Under the pieces are notes generated by a model that saw nothing but the letters and a program-made list of their open reading frames with translations, did no database searches and had not been told where the DNA came from. From an uncultured archaeon (GTDB lineage: Archaea; Asgardarchaeota; Jordiarchaeia; Jordiarchaeales; Jordiarchaeaceae), in NCBI GenBank assembly GCA_964510585.1, contig CAZECW010000020.1:60001-92000 (forward strand): a DNA stretch of 32,000 nucleotides, written 5' to 3'. Below, piece by piece: positions 16,418-26,081 of this stretch. The number at the start of each line of letters is the position of its first letter. Positions within the stretch are counted from its first letter, which is position 1. The position numbers were made by a program, and so were the translations under genes.

Positions 16418-17576
16418 ATCTAACCTCTCCACAATTTTCACAAAATTTATGTAAAAACTAGTATATATATCGGAAATTTGGGAGGCGTCGTTGATGTTTT
16501 TTATCTCCTCGTTTTGGAGGGGGTCCCCAAATTACAGTATCTAAACATCTGTCTCCTTTATGAGGTGCACTATCTTCGCAGCGTATTCCTCGGGATTCCT
16601 CTTCATCAGTTACCGGCGATGGATTCGAAGTCTGCATCTTTTTAACATTTTTTGATGGTTGCATGGATTCTTCTTAAATCTGGTTGAATGATAAGAATAC
16701 TAAAAATTAGGGAAAAAGGCGAAAATCCTTACAATATTTGAAGCGGCAAGAAAAAACTTACATAGATTCTGTGAACTTATCGCTGTGTACAAACACTACG
16801 GGGAAGCTGGGGAGGCTATAAGTATGTATTTCTGCGGTTCACTGAAAAATAGTGTCCACCTGGGGAGCACTAACTTTAATGATACTTGCTGTGGGGCTCA
16901 CTGCGGCGTTTTCGTTAGGGGTTTCAGATATAGTTTCACCCTATAAACAGTACTGACACTCCTGCCTCCATTTATCTTTTATACACTGAGTATAATTCTT
17001 ACCCTGAGATACACTATGAGAATAGTGCTGCCCAAGGATGTGAATTAAGGTGTCCTCCCCTTAACCTTTTTTTAAGCTGATGGAAGGTAGATACTTAGAT
17101 CAGTGTTTTGAGATGAGATGTTCGGTTAAAATTTTTGGCTGGTGGGCGGCTGCTGGGAACATGGTCTTCAAATTTTGGTCTCCGTTTTTCACTTAAATCG
17201 TTGTTTTCACCAGAGGAGTCATCTTTTCCTTTATATGGTAAATCCATTTCTTATTCATATAGTTTCTTTGTAAAATTGATTCCTTCTTTGGTATCGAGGA
17301 TTTATGTATATGTTTCTAAAAAGATGCATAAGCGTTTTCCGAGATGGAGCGTTCAACGGTTGAAAATAAGTACCACCATAAAATTCGCAGATACGCGAAA
17401 AATGGGTTTTAAATGAAGCCTTAAATTAAATAAAAGTAAGCCTCTTTTTGGGTTGGAATCGAACAACTCTGCATTCGTCGGCGTGTAAGGGTTCAGTAAT
17501 GCTTTTAAGCTTGGGATTGGATTGGAAATGCGCGTAATTGGTGAAAATTGCAGAGGTTTCCAAGAATTGGAGGTGT

Positions 17577-17945
17577 ATGGCTCTGGGAAAAATTAGACCC
17601 TCCTACATTAAGAGGATTGCAAGGAAATTGGTTGAAAAATATTCAGGTGTCTTCACCAGCGACTTTGACACAAACAAGAAATTAGTTGAAAAGTACACGA
17701 ATGTAGAGTCAAGGAAGGTTCGAAACAAGATAGCCGGCTACGTGGTAAACCTTGTGCTCAGAAGCCAATATGAATATGTGGCCCCTGAGGAAGAGGAGTT
17801 TCCAGAAGACTATGAAGAATACGAAGCCAGAGAAGCTCCAGGGGAAGTAGAAGAGGCTGAGGAAGAGAAAGTAGAAGAGGCTGAGGAAGAGGAGAAGGAA
17901 GGGGAAGTGGGGAAGGACGAAGAGGAGGAGGTTGGAAGAGAATAG
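17577..17945 (+). CDS. rps17e: 30S ribosomal protein eS17 with acidic C-terminal extension (122 aa)
   Basis: Sequence MALGKIRPSYIKRIARKLVEKY...FTSDFDTNKK...SRKVRNKIAGYV. GGAGGTG RBS precedes the ATG at 17577. Confidence 0.95.
   Translation: MALGKIRPSYIKRIARKLVEKYSGVFTSDFDTNKKLVEKYTNVESRKVRNKIAGYVVNLVLRSQYEYVAPEEEEFPEDYEEYEAREAPGEVEEAEEEKVEEAEEEEKEGEVGKDEEEEVGRE
17845..17891 (+). repeat. Tandem 24-nt-period coding repeat in the eS17 tail (VEEAEEEK / VEEAEEEE)
   Basis: AAGTAGAAGAGGCTGAGGAAGAG at 17845-17867 and 17869-17891. Confidence 0.85.
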
Positions 17946-18240
17946 GATGTTTTGTGGATGGTTTGTGGGGTTTTTGATTTGTTCTTTATGGGTTTTGTGA
18001 CTTAAAATTGTTTTTTGATTTTTCTTTTTGATGTTTTTATTTTTTGTAGCATCTTGTTTTTCGACGAAAAATGGTAATTCATTGCTGCTCTGCATTTGAA
18101 GCACATTATGTAGTGTGAATTTTCTTTTCAGAGCCGGGTTTCGCGAAATGTTTTTATTGATTTGATGGTTGTGTTTGTTGTTGTTTGTGGTTTGTGTTTG
18201 TTGGTTTGTTTGTTTAAAGGTTTTGTGGAGGTAGGAATAT
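17946..18240. other. Low-complexity G+T-rich intergenic region
   Basis: Includes 50 consecutive nt (18166-18215) composed only of G and T. Confidence 0.8.
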
Positions 18241-18274
18241 TCTTCCTTTAGGTGTTTCTGGGCTTGCCAATTCG

Positions 18275-19300
18275 GTGAATTTTTATGCTTCTGTTTGGCG
18301 TTGTCGTGGTTTTTCGGCGCCTGAGGAAGTGGATCTTAAGCCTACTTTGAAGTGTAATTTGAAGTGTAGGATGTGTTTTCAGCGTAAGTTGTCTGATGAG
18401 TATCGTAGTAGGATGTATAGGTCTGAGCTTTCTACGGAGAGGTATTTGTCTTTGATTGAGGAGTTGGCGGGTATGGGCACTAGGCGGGTGCATGTGGTGG
18501 GTGGTGGGGAGCCTCTTCTTCGGAGGGATATTTTGGAGATTATGTCTGCGGTTAAGAGGTTTGGAATGGAGGGGGTTTTGACTACTAATGGTACGCTTTT
18601 TACTGAGGGTTTGATTCGTGAGATTGTTAGGTGTGGTTGGGATGTTGTGATGTTTTCGGTTGATGGTCCGAATGCTGATGTTTATGAGGATATTAGGGGG
18701 GTTTCGGGTTCTTTTGATAGGGTTTATTCCTCTATGAAGAGTTTTAGTAGGGTTAGGGCGGAGTTTGGTGTTTGTAAGCCTCTTTTGCATATTCACTGTG
18801 TGATATTGAATCTGAACTTTATGGTTATTGATGAGATGATTGATTTGGCTCGTGATGTGGGGGCGAATATTGTAACATTTGACAAGTACTATCCTGAGTA
18901 TGAGGATTTGATTCTAAGGAAGGAGGATTTGTCCACAACTCTTAGGAATCTTCAGAAGGCGTACCAGAAGGCTCAGAGGTATGGGATATATATTAATGTT
19001 GAGGATTTCTTGTCGTTGTGGATGAAGCCTTCGCCAAATACTAGGTGCTATTGGCCTTGGCTTTATGCGGATATAGATCCTAATGGGGATGTTTTGCCCT
19101 GCTGTTTTAGTCACGACGTTATGGGGAATATTAAGAAGCACAGTTTTAGGCAGATTTGGGATGGGGAAAAATATAACAATCTTCGAAAAATTTTTAAAAA
19201 GAAGGAGTTTCCGGACTTCTGTAAGGATTGCACGCTTTACCCGGGTCTAATTAACCGTGTTCCCCTTGGAAAGGTACTGCACTATTTTAGGCTCGTCTAG
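18275..19300 (+). CDS. Radical SAM protein with SPASM/twitch domain
   Basis: Motifs CNLKCRMC, GGGEP, TTNG, FSVDG and C-terminal CYWPW...NGDVLPCC...GN...W...CKDC. Start codon uncertain. Confidence 0.92.
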   Translation: MNFYASVWRCRGFSAPEEVDLKPTLKCNLKCRMCFQRKLSDEYRSRMYRSELSTERYLSLIEELAGMGTRRVHVVGGGEPLLRRDILEIMSAVKRFGMEGVLTTNGTLFTEGLIREIVRCGWDVVMFSVDGPNADVYEDIRGVSGSFDRVYSSMKSFSRVRAEFGVCKPLLHIHCVILNLNFMVIDEMIDLARDVGANIVTFDKYYPEYEDLILRKEDLSTTLRNLQKAYQKAQRYGIYINVEDFLSLWMKPSPNTRCYWPWLYADIDPNGDVLPCCFSHDVMGNIKKHSFRQIWDGEKYNNLRKIFKKKEFPDFCKDCTLYPGLINRVPLGKVLHYFRLV

Positions 19301-19306
19301 AGGCTT

Positions 19307-20032
19307 TCACTGTTTCTGTTTAATGTAGAAGTCCAGTGATGTGGGTTTTTTGGGCAATGGAAACTCTATTACTGTTATTTTTTTGGTGAGGGGGAGAGCA
19401 ACATTATATATGGGTGTGTTTGCCACTTCTGCGTACGCGGTTCCCTTGTGGGCGTGGCCGTGGATTACTAAGTCCAGCTGGTTTTTGAGAATGATTTCTT
19501 CATATTTTTTGCTTCCCATCTCCGGGTATTGGGAAACCTTTTCCCCAACTAGGGTTTTATAGGTAGGAGCGTAGTGTAGTAGTAGGCACTTGTAGTCTGT
19601 TTTAAGCTCGCTTACCAGTTTTGCAGTCTTTTCCCTTCTTTCAGCGTAGATTTTCCATATTTCTGGCATATTTTTTCTCTGCCAAAATGTGGGCCTGTCG
19701 AGGGAACCCTTCGAACACACGACGCCCAGAGTTTTCCCCTCCGCCTCTATGATGAATGTTTCCTGTTCAAGAAACTGGATTTTACCTGAAGCTGCTTTTC
19801 TTACGTCTTCCCATAAGTCTTCGTACTCTTCGTTTCCAAAAACCGCGATTACTGGGCAATCGACTTTTAGTGCCTTTGTCACCGTTTCTACTTCTTTCAC
19901 TTGCCCTTTGTATATGGTGTCTCCGGCTAAAACAAACAAATCAATACCTTTGGTATCTATACTGGACAGTGCCTGAATAAATAAATCCAAGTATTTTGGA
20001 GAATGAATGTCTGAAACAGCAGCTATCCTCAA
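19307..20032 (-). CDS. Calcineurin-like metallophosphoesterase
   Basis: Motifs AVSDIH, LAGD, FGNEE, LLHYAP and HGHAH. TTG start. Confidence 0.9.
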   Translation of the reverse strand: MRIAAVSDIHSPKYLDLFIQALSSIDTKGIDLFVLAGDTIYKGQVKEVETVTKALKVDCPVIAVFGNEEYEDLWEDVRKAASGKIQFLEQETFIIEAEGKTLGVVCSKGSLDRPTFWQRKNMPEIWKIYAERREKTAKLVSELKTDYKCLLLHYAPTYKTLVGEKVSQYPEMGSKKYEEIILKNQLDLVIHGHAHKGTAYAEVANTPIYNVALPLTKKITVIEFPLPKKPTSLDFYIKQKQ

Positions 20033-20132
20033 TTCGTCACGTTCCTAGTGAAAAATTGTTTAAAATCCTTTTTTAGGTTTATTACCATAGTCTAAATAAT
20101 AGTTCATGATTTGTTGTGGAGCGGTGAATTTT

Positions 20133-21170
20133 TTGAATTCTAGGGAACGGGTGCTTATTGCTTTGGATCATAGTGTTCCTGATAGAGTGCCCATATACGA
20201 TATGGGGATTGATGATGCTATTGTGCTTAAGCTTATGGGTAGTGATACATATTCTTGGGAATTGGCTATTGAGTGTCATAAAAAAATTGGTTTGGATATG
20301 ATTACGGCTTGGCCTGAAACTTTTGCTCTGGAATGGTTTACGGATGAGGTGGGACGAAGAGGATACATTGATGAGTGGGGTAGGAGACGTATTTTTACTG
20401 CGGATGGCACAAAATGGTATGCGGGGGGCGTTATAGACTCAGAGGAGACATTTAATTCTTGGAGTTGGCCTGACCCCCATGTTTTTGAGCGCTACGTAAA
20501 TGTGGAAAAAACATTAAAATATGCGGATGAGCTAGCGGTTATAGGCTTCGTAGGGGGCCCTTTTGAAAGGGCGGCTCTAGGCAGAGGACACAAATCTATA
20601 CTGGTAGACTTTTACAAGAATCCTAGTTTTGTTAGAAGACATATGAGTAAGGTTGTGGAGTATTGGATTGAAGTGGGAAAAATAGAAATCGATATGGGTA
20701 TCGACGCAATTATACTTGCTGATGATTACGCCTACAAGGCGGGCACCTTTTTTTCTCCAGAACTATTTAAAAAACATGTTCTGCCCCTACTCAAGAAGGA
20801 GATTCACGCTTTCCAGAAAAGGGGGGTAAAGGTGATTCACCACTCCGACGGTTATATTTTGCCACTCATCCCGCACCTTATTAGTGCTGGTGTTGACGGC
20901 TTGCATTCTCTTGAGCCATCGGCGGGGGTGGATATAGGAGAGGTGAAAAAACTTTATGGTGACAGGCTGGTTTTGGTGGGTAACATTGATTGTGGCTCCC
21001 TCCTATCTTTTGGAGAGCCAGAAGAAGTTAAAAGAGTAGTTAGAGAAACCATAGCTAAAGCTGCTCCAAGCGGTGGATACATTCTTAGTTCCAGCAATAG
21101 CCTTCATCGAGGAGTCAGAATAGAAAATGTGCTGGCAATGATTGAAGAAGCAAAAAAACACAAGTACTGA
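20133..21170 (+). CDS. Uroporphyrinogen decarboxylase-family protein (MtaA/CmuA-like fold)
   Basis: Motifs NSRERVLIAL..PDRVP, DEWG, GGPFE, LADD, HHSDG, GNIDC and GGYILSSSN. GCGGTGA RBS supports the TTG at 20133. Confidence 0.85.
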   Translation: MNSRERVLIALDHSVPDRVPIYDMGIDDAIVLKLMGSDTYSWELAIECHKKIGLDMITAWPETFALEWFTDEVGRRGYIDEWGRRRIFTADGTKWYAGGVIDSEETFNSWSWPDPHVFERYVNVEKTLKYADELAVIGFVGGPFERAALGRGHKSILVDFYKNPSFVRRHMSKVVEYWIEVGKIEIDMGIDAIILADDYAYKAGTFFSPELFKKHVLPLLKKEIHAFQKRGVKVIHHSDGYILPLIPHLISAGVDGLHSLEPSAGVDIGEVKKLYGDRLVLVGNIDCGSLLSFGEPEEVKRVVRETIAKAAPSGGYILSSSNSLHRGVRIENVLAMIEEAKKHKY

Positions 21171-21404
21171 AACCCCAAAAATTTCTGCTTCATGATCGGA
21201 TAAGTGATGTAGATTAATCCCAATTCGATTCTACTCCCTTATTCTGAGATTAGGGATATAGTCCCATAATTGTCCTTTTGGAAATGGAATGGAATGAATA
21301 CCTATTCCTAAAGATGTTTTTTGGTAAAATTTTTAAGCATCTGGGAAGGGAGTCTAGTTATTAAATCCTAAAAGGGTGATGGATGCTTCCGGAGAGTTTC
21401 AAGT

Positions 21405-23468
21405 ATGGGTAATGAAGGTGAAGAAGCGAAAATTGGTGGAGCCTCACCTATGACTCTCCGGTCTGTAGTTTTTGGTAGCTTAGTAGGCATACTTTACATT
21501 TTTCTGGCGGTTTATGTGAGCCTCAAGACTGGTGTGGTTTTCATCGGCGGAATGGCTATTATAGGATATATACTGCTTTCTATACGGGGAAGATATAAAC
21601 CAAAGGAAAACATGGTGTTGAGCTCCATAGTAGATGCCACGGTGTGCGTCTCCGCAGGTGTGGTGGCAGGCCTGCCAGCGCTGGTGATATTTGCGGGTAG
21701 AACTGCCTTTTTCACGCCAATAACTTTTGAACTCATTATTACTATATCGGTTTTCGCTGGAGTTCTGGGGGTGTTTCTACTACTTCCCTTTAGAGAGGAA
21801 TTTTTGAAAATGCCCTGGCCCCAAGTGGTGCCGGTCTACAAGACTATTGAGAGTCTGGGGGCGGATGTTTCCTCCAAGAATAAACTTTTAAAATGGATGG
21901 GGGGCTCCATAGCCTACATTGGTGGAGTGTTGGGTGCCGGTTACGCCTTTCGTAGTGACTTAACAGTTCTACCTCCCACTGAAACTTTACCCAACTGGTG
22001 GACGAGACTAGTAACTTTTACCAAAACCTGGAACCCTCCCCTGTACACTAATCTGAGTTATTTACAGAGCTTTTACCAGTTTGTGGGGCAGACAATGTCT
22101 CCTAGTCCTTTACCCAGCTTTATGGGGATATCTAATTCTCCCCTAATTGCGAGCATAGGATACTTTGTGGGCTGGAAAAGGGCTGGTATGGTTTTTTTGG
22201 GGGGTGTTTACTCCGTGCTTGTGTGGGCAATTTTTGAAAACCAATTCCCTGAATTGGGGCGCTTCGTGGATTATGGCAGCCACATGAATTTGCCCCAAAT
22301 ATTTTATCTTGCAATGGGAGTACTAATCGCATTCCTAGCTTTTGGGTTTCTTAAGGGCATTAAGGACTGGTGGGATAACCGCAGAAAAATCAAAGCCTTA
22401 GAGGCACATATCAGAGCCCAGAGCCAAGGCCAGAAGAATCAACAAAAACTGGACACCAAAAAATCCAAGCTAGCGCCCGACATGGTTTCTGTGGAGGCTC
22501 CGAGGCAACTAAAAATTTCAGGCTCACTAGTAAAAGAATGGCTCCGCTTGGCGGTTACAAAGTACAAATCGGTTTTGATTGTCTTGGCAATTTTCTTTGT
22601 TGGGTGCAGTCTACTTTTTTATGTTTTTGAGCCATTCTATAACGTTAAAATCAACCCCCTATTCACACTTTTAAGCACACCCGCACTTCTTTTGTCAAGT
22701 TGGTGGAGCGCTTTGACCCTGAGCGAAACTGGATTTCTAACTGGATTTTTAACAGACTTACTCGCTGTTCCCGCCATCTTAGGTTTTGACATAAATTTTC
22801 CCAGCCTAATAGTTTTCTTCACATTGATGACAGTTATGCAATCGTCAGCCTTAAGAGTCATAGGCTGGCTCAAAGTGGGACGAGAATTAAAAGTCAAAGA
22901 TAGAACAGTCCTACTATCAGTACTCTACGGGGTAATTTTCGGTGCAGTTGTAGGAAGCGCCATCGTCTATTTACTCTATCAAACCTACGGATTCGGCAAC
23001 TCCTACTTTCCAGCACCCACCGCAACAATTACAGGAATATTCTTCCTATCCATACTACAATTTAAGCAATGGGTTCTTCCATCTAGCACTATCATCCCAA
23101 CTCAGGCTCTCACCACCCTTCAAATATATGAGCAACTGTACCACTATGCTTTCCAACCCTATTCACTTCACTATCGCGAAATATTCTTCATAGCCGGCCT
23201 AATAGTGGGATTAGCCCTATGCAAATTTGACTTGTCACCAATCTCATTTCTAGTAGGAGTACTCATACCTCCGGCTTACAGCTTCTCAATAATGTTCGGC
23301 GGAGGTCTAAACTACTACGTTTACAGGAAAAACAAAGACAACCTTGAAAAATATCAGGAAAAGGACTCTGGATACCAAGTATCTCTAAGCGGCGTCAGCG
23401 CCGGCGAAGGCCTAATCTACTTAGTATGGATAATGATCACAACCCTAATTATGCTACTAGGAATTTGA
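21405..23468 (+). CDS. OPT (oligopeptide transporter) superfamily protein
   Basis: Many TM segments. Family-like motifs MTLRSVVFG...YVSLKTG, SIGYFVG, FPAPTA and SGVSAGEGL. Confidence 0.8.
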   Translation: MGNEGEEAKIGGASPMTLRSVVFGSLVGILYIFLAVYVSLKTGVVFIGGMAIIGYILLSIRGRYKPKENMVLSSIVDATVCVSAGVVAGLPALVIFAGRTAFFTPITFELIITISVFAGVLGVFLLLPFREEFLKMPWPQVVPVYKTIESLGADVSSKNKLLKWMGGSIAYIGGVLGAGYAFRSDLTVLPPTETLPNWWTRLVTFTKTWNPPLYTNLSYLQSFYQFVGQTMSPSPLPSFMGISNSPLIASIGYFVGWKRAGMVFLGGVYSVLVWAIFENQFPELGRFVDYGSHMNLPQIFYLAMGVLIAFLAFGFLKGIKDWWDNRRKIKALEAHIRAQSQGQKNQQKLDTKKSKLAPDMVSVEAPRQLKISGSLVKEWLRLAVTKYKSVLIVLAIFFVGCSLLFYVFEPFYNVKINPLFTLLSTPALLLSSWWSALTLSETGFLTGFLTDLLAVPAILGFDINFPSLIVFFTLMTVMQSSALRVIGWLKVGRELKVKDRTVLLSVLYGVIFGAVVGSAIVYLLYQTYGFGNSYFPAPTATITGIFFLSILQFKQWVLPSSTIIPTQALTTLQIYEQLYHYAFQPYSLHYREIFFIAGLIVGLALCKFDLSPISFLVGVLIPPAYSFSIMFGGGLNYYVYRKNKDNLEKYQEKDSGYQVSLSGVSAGEGLIYLVWIMITTLIMLLGI

Positions 23469-23607
23469 TACATAAAATTGTGAAAAAGTTAGGAAAGCTC
23501 AAAAAACGGGTCTTTCATAAAACTCTGATTTAGAGCCATGCCATACCTGAACAGAGCGGAAACCGATAAATTAACGTCGCCTAATAAATTTCACAGGTGA
23601 AAGGTGT

Positions 23608-24339
23608 TTAATCACCTTCTGCCTTCTCTACTTTAAGTTCGGGTAGTATCAGTGATATGTCTTTTAAAACTAGGTCGGCTCCTGCTGACTTTAGTTCTTC
23701 AACAGTGTGCCCTGACGATAGAACCCCTATAGCCTTCACGCCAGCACTTCGCGCAGAAGAAATATCGTATGGATGGTCACCGACCACAATGGCTTCCTCG
23801 GCAGTAACTCCCAGTAGTGAGAGGGTTTTAATTAAGTGTTCTGGGTCGGGTTTGGGTCTTGTGGTGTCATCCCTTGCTACAACCACATCGAAAATGGTGT
23901 TCATACCTAAGCGTTTTAGGAGTGATGAAACAACTGAGTTCTTGTTAAGGGTGAAAACGCCGATTTTGAATCCTTTACTTTTGAGCTTTTGAAGCACTTC
24001 TATTGCTCCGGGGATGAGTGAAGTTTTACTGGCGGCCTCTATCTCATATTTTTCAACAGCTTCATCAACTTCCTCCAACATTTTCTCAATGATAAATTTC
24101 TGGCTGTCCCGCGACTGAATAAAGGAAATAGCCTTCCCGACCATTTTAAGTATCGGCTGGTCCAGTGAAAGCATGGATTCCGGAACCCCATATTTTACGA
24201 GAATTCCTATAACCTCTCTACGGGCGGAAATTACGTCAATTTTGAAGTAAACTATGGTGCCGTCCCAATCAAAAATGAATGCCTTTTTTCCCTTTAGTAA
24301 ACCGTTGAGACTACCATTAATCAATAAGATAACACCCAT
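23608..24339 (-). CDS. HAD-superfamily hydrolase (phosphoglycolate phosphatase-like)
   Basis: Motifs FDWDGT, FTLN, KPDPEH and VGDHPYD. Start may lie slightly downstream. Confidence 0.9.
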   Translation of the reverse strand: MGVILLINGSLNGLLKGKKAFIFDWDGTIVYFKIDVISARREVIGILVKYGVPESMLSLDQPILKMVGKAISFIQSRDSQKFIIEKMLEEVDEAVEKYEIEAASKTSLIPGAIEVLQKLKSKGFKIGVFTLNKNSVVSSLLKRLGMNTIFDVVVARDDTTRPKPDPEHLIKTLSLLGVTAEEAIVVGDHPYDISSARSAGVKAIGVLSSGHTVEELKSAGADLVLKDISLILPELKVEKAEGD

Positions 24340-24578
24340 GAGAAACTATTAGAATCCATATTCTGAATGAACCTAGGCATCTTTAAATTTTTGGATTAGC
24401 AAACCATTAAAGAGACTTTAATCTAGAAGGGCATCAAACAAAAAGGTAAACTATAATTTATCACTTAAAAGAATATCCCTTAGAAATTTCTACGTTTAAG
24501 CTCCTTTTATACTCCAACATATAAGAGGCAAAAAGACGGTTTCATCAACATAAAAGAAGAAAAGTTACCCTCCCCCAC

Positions 24579-24989
24579 TCATTCTTCTTTGAATTTGTTT
24601 AGAATTTGATAAAGCCGATCGTATCCTACCGCCCCTAAAACCCGCTCCACAGGCTTACCGTCCCTAAAAATGATGAATGTAGGAACCGCAGTGATACCAA
24701 AGGATCTAGCAATTTCGGGTTCCTCATCAACATCTATTTTGCCAAATACTATTTTGCCAGCAAAATCTCTGGCTAAACGCTCAAAAATGGGCGCCATCAT
24801 ACGGCATGGTCCACACCACTGAGCTGAGTAGTCAATTATTACTGGAACCTTCGAGTTTTTTATGCTGTCCGCAAATTTTGCTGAGTCCATGTGTATTACT
24901 CCCACGGGGATTTGGGAATTGGACTGCTGTTCCATAAGCTTCTTGAGCTTCTTTTCACGGATCTTTTTCAGTTCGGGGTCATCTTCCAA
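24579..24989 (-). CDS. trxA: Thioredoxin with N-terminal helical extension
   Basis: WCGPC active site and cis-Pro VPT. N-terminal DDPELKKIREKKL is typical of archaeal thioredoxins. Confidence 0.95.
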   Translation of the reverse strand: MEDDPELKKIREKKLKKLMEQQSNSQIPVGVIHMDSAKFADSIKNSKVPVIIDYSAQWCGPCRMMAPIFERLARDFAGKIVFGKIDVDEEPEIARSFGITAVPTFIIFRDGKPVERVLGAVGYDRLYQILNKFKEE

Positions 24990-25213
24990 GACTTTCCCTC
25001 CAAATACCAGTATCTAATAATGTTCCACTATTCATAATAAACTTAATGATTTTAAGCATATCTTATGGGCGATGGTTACTAGAACAAATTCCCTACAGGT
25101 AAAGCTCCTTTTAGCAAATGTGGAGAATGTTAATGTTACATCGCTTTTCCAAGAGCTAGATGTATATTTTTAGTTTGAAAGTCTAATTTTTGTTTCCTTC
25201 ATTTTGCTTATTG

Positions 25214-25579
25214 TTATCCAGTTTTTTTCCATCCTTCTTCTAGGAAGTATACCATCTTTTCGTACCACTGGTCTAAAGCCGCTCTCACCATTTTTTTAAC
25301 TTCTGAAGAGGGAGCTGCTTCGTACTCGTAATAGTAGCCTCCCCTAGGTATGCTCCTCGTTCTTCTGGTTGCCAAGCCTTTGCTCATTAAGTTCGTCAAG
25401 GATCTCTGTATAGTGCTTCTATTCCTCCGCAGTTTATCAGCAATTTCTTGTACCTGCATGGGTCGTTCCAAAATAGTAAAGTAGGTTTTTACTTCTAATT
25501 CTCTGATCCCTAAGGCACACTTAATTATGTCTGCGGCTTCCAGTTTGCCTGCCGCTATCTGCGCCCTCATCTCTTCCAT
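25214..25579 (-). CDS. Small winged-helix transcription regulator (TrmB/MarR-like)
   Basis: Sequence IIKCALGIRELEVKTY...VQEIADKLRRNRSTIQRSLTNLMSKGLA...GGYYYEY. GGTGA RBS supports a start at 25579 (or TTG 25582). Confidence 0.85.
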   Translation of the reverse strand: MEEMRAQIAAGKLEAADIIKCALGIRELEVKTYFTILERPMQVQEIADKLRRNRSTIQRSLTNLMSKGLATRRTRSIPRGGYYYEYEAAPSSEVKKMVRAALDQWYEKMVYFLEEGWKKTG

Positions 25580-26081
25580 CAATTTGTCACCGTTTAAGGT
25601 GAAATTTGATTCTTTAATAAATGTTGTGCGATTAAATGGAACAACTATGAACACTCGCACACTACTAGCACAGCAACTAAAAACAGATTATTTACAGGTA
25701 TGCGGCAAGAATTGTTGATGGTAACCTTGGATTCTAAGTTGTTCCCTTTACATAACTATTCCTTTTTTCGACTCCATTTATCATAGCCGTAATCTTCTGA
25801 ATTAAATGGGAAATTCTTGAAAAATTCAATGCGTGGAAGACATTGTTTTCAAAATAGGACGTGGGCAGCATCTAAAAGGCTAAAAGGTCTGCCTTTTCTT
25901 TTTTTTGGGACTCAAATAGGTATTAAGAAGAATTTTCAAAATTTGGCTTCTTTTGAAAAAAGGATTATTGCTAGGTAACAGCTTTTTTGGTTTAATATCT
26001 GAAATTTTGTTATTATTGATTCGCTCACACATCTGGTAATGGCTTGTAACTAGGAGGGAGTCTTCCATTTTTTAGATGGAT

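Noticed and set aside
16608-16635. TTCGAATCC tRNA T-loop-like word on the minus strand
   Set aside because: No paired T stem, acceptor stem or anticodon arm.
17451-17470. GTTG-TTCGATTC-CAAC T-arm-like hairpin on the minus strand upstream of rps17e
   Set aside because: Stem register does not fit a T arm and no cloverleaf forms.
17709-19141. Minus-strand ORFs 17709-18104, 18248-18796 and 18914-19141
   Set aside because: Antisense shadows kept open by the G/T skew, with no motifs.
21279-21300. Short GGAAT-like tandem run
   Set aside because: Only about three degenerate units, too short to be meaningful.
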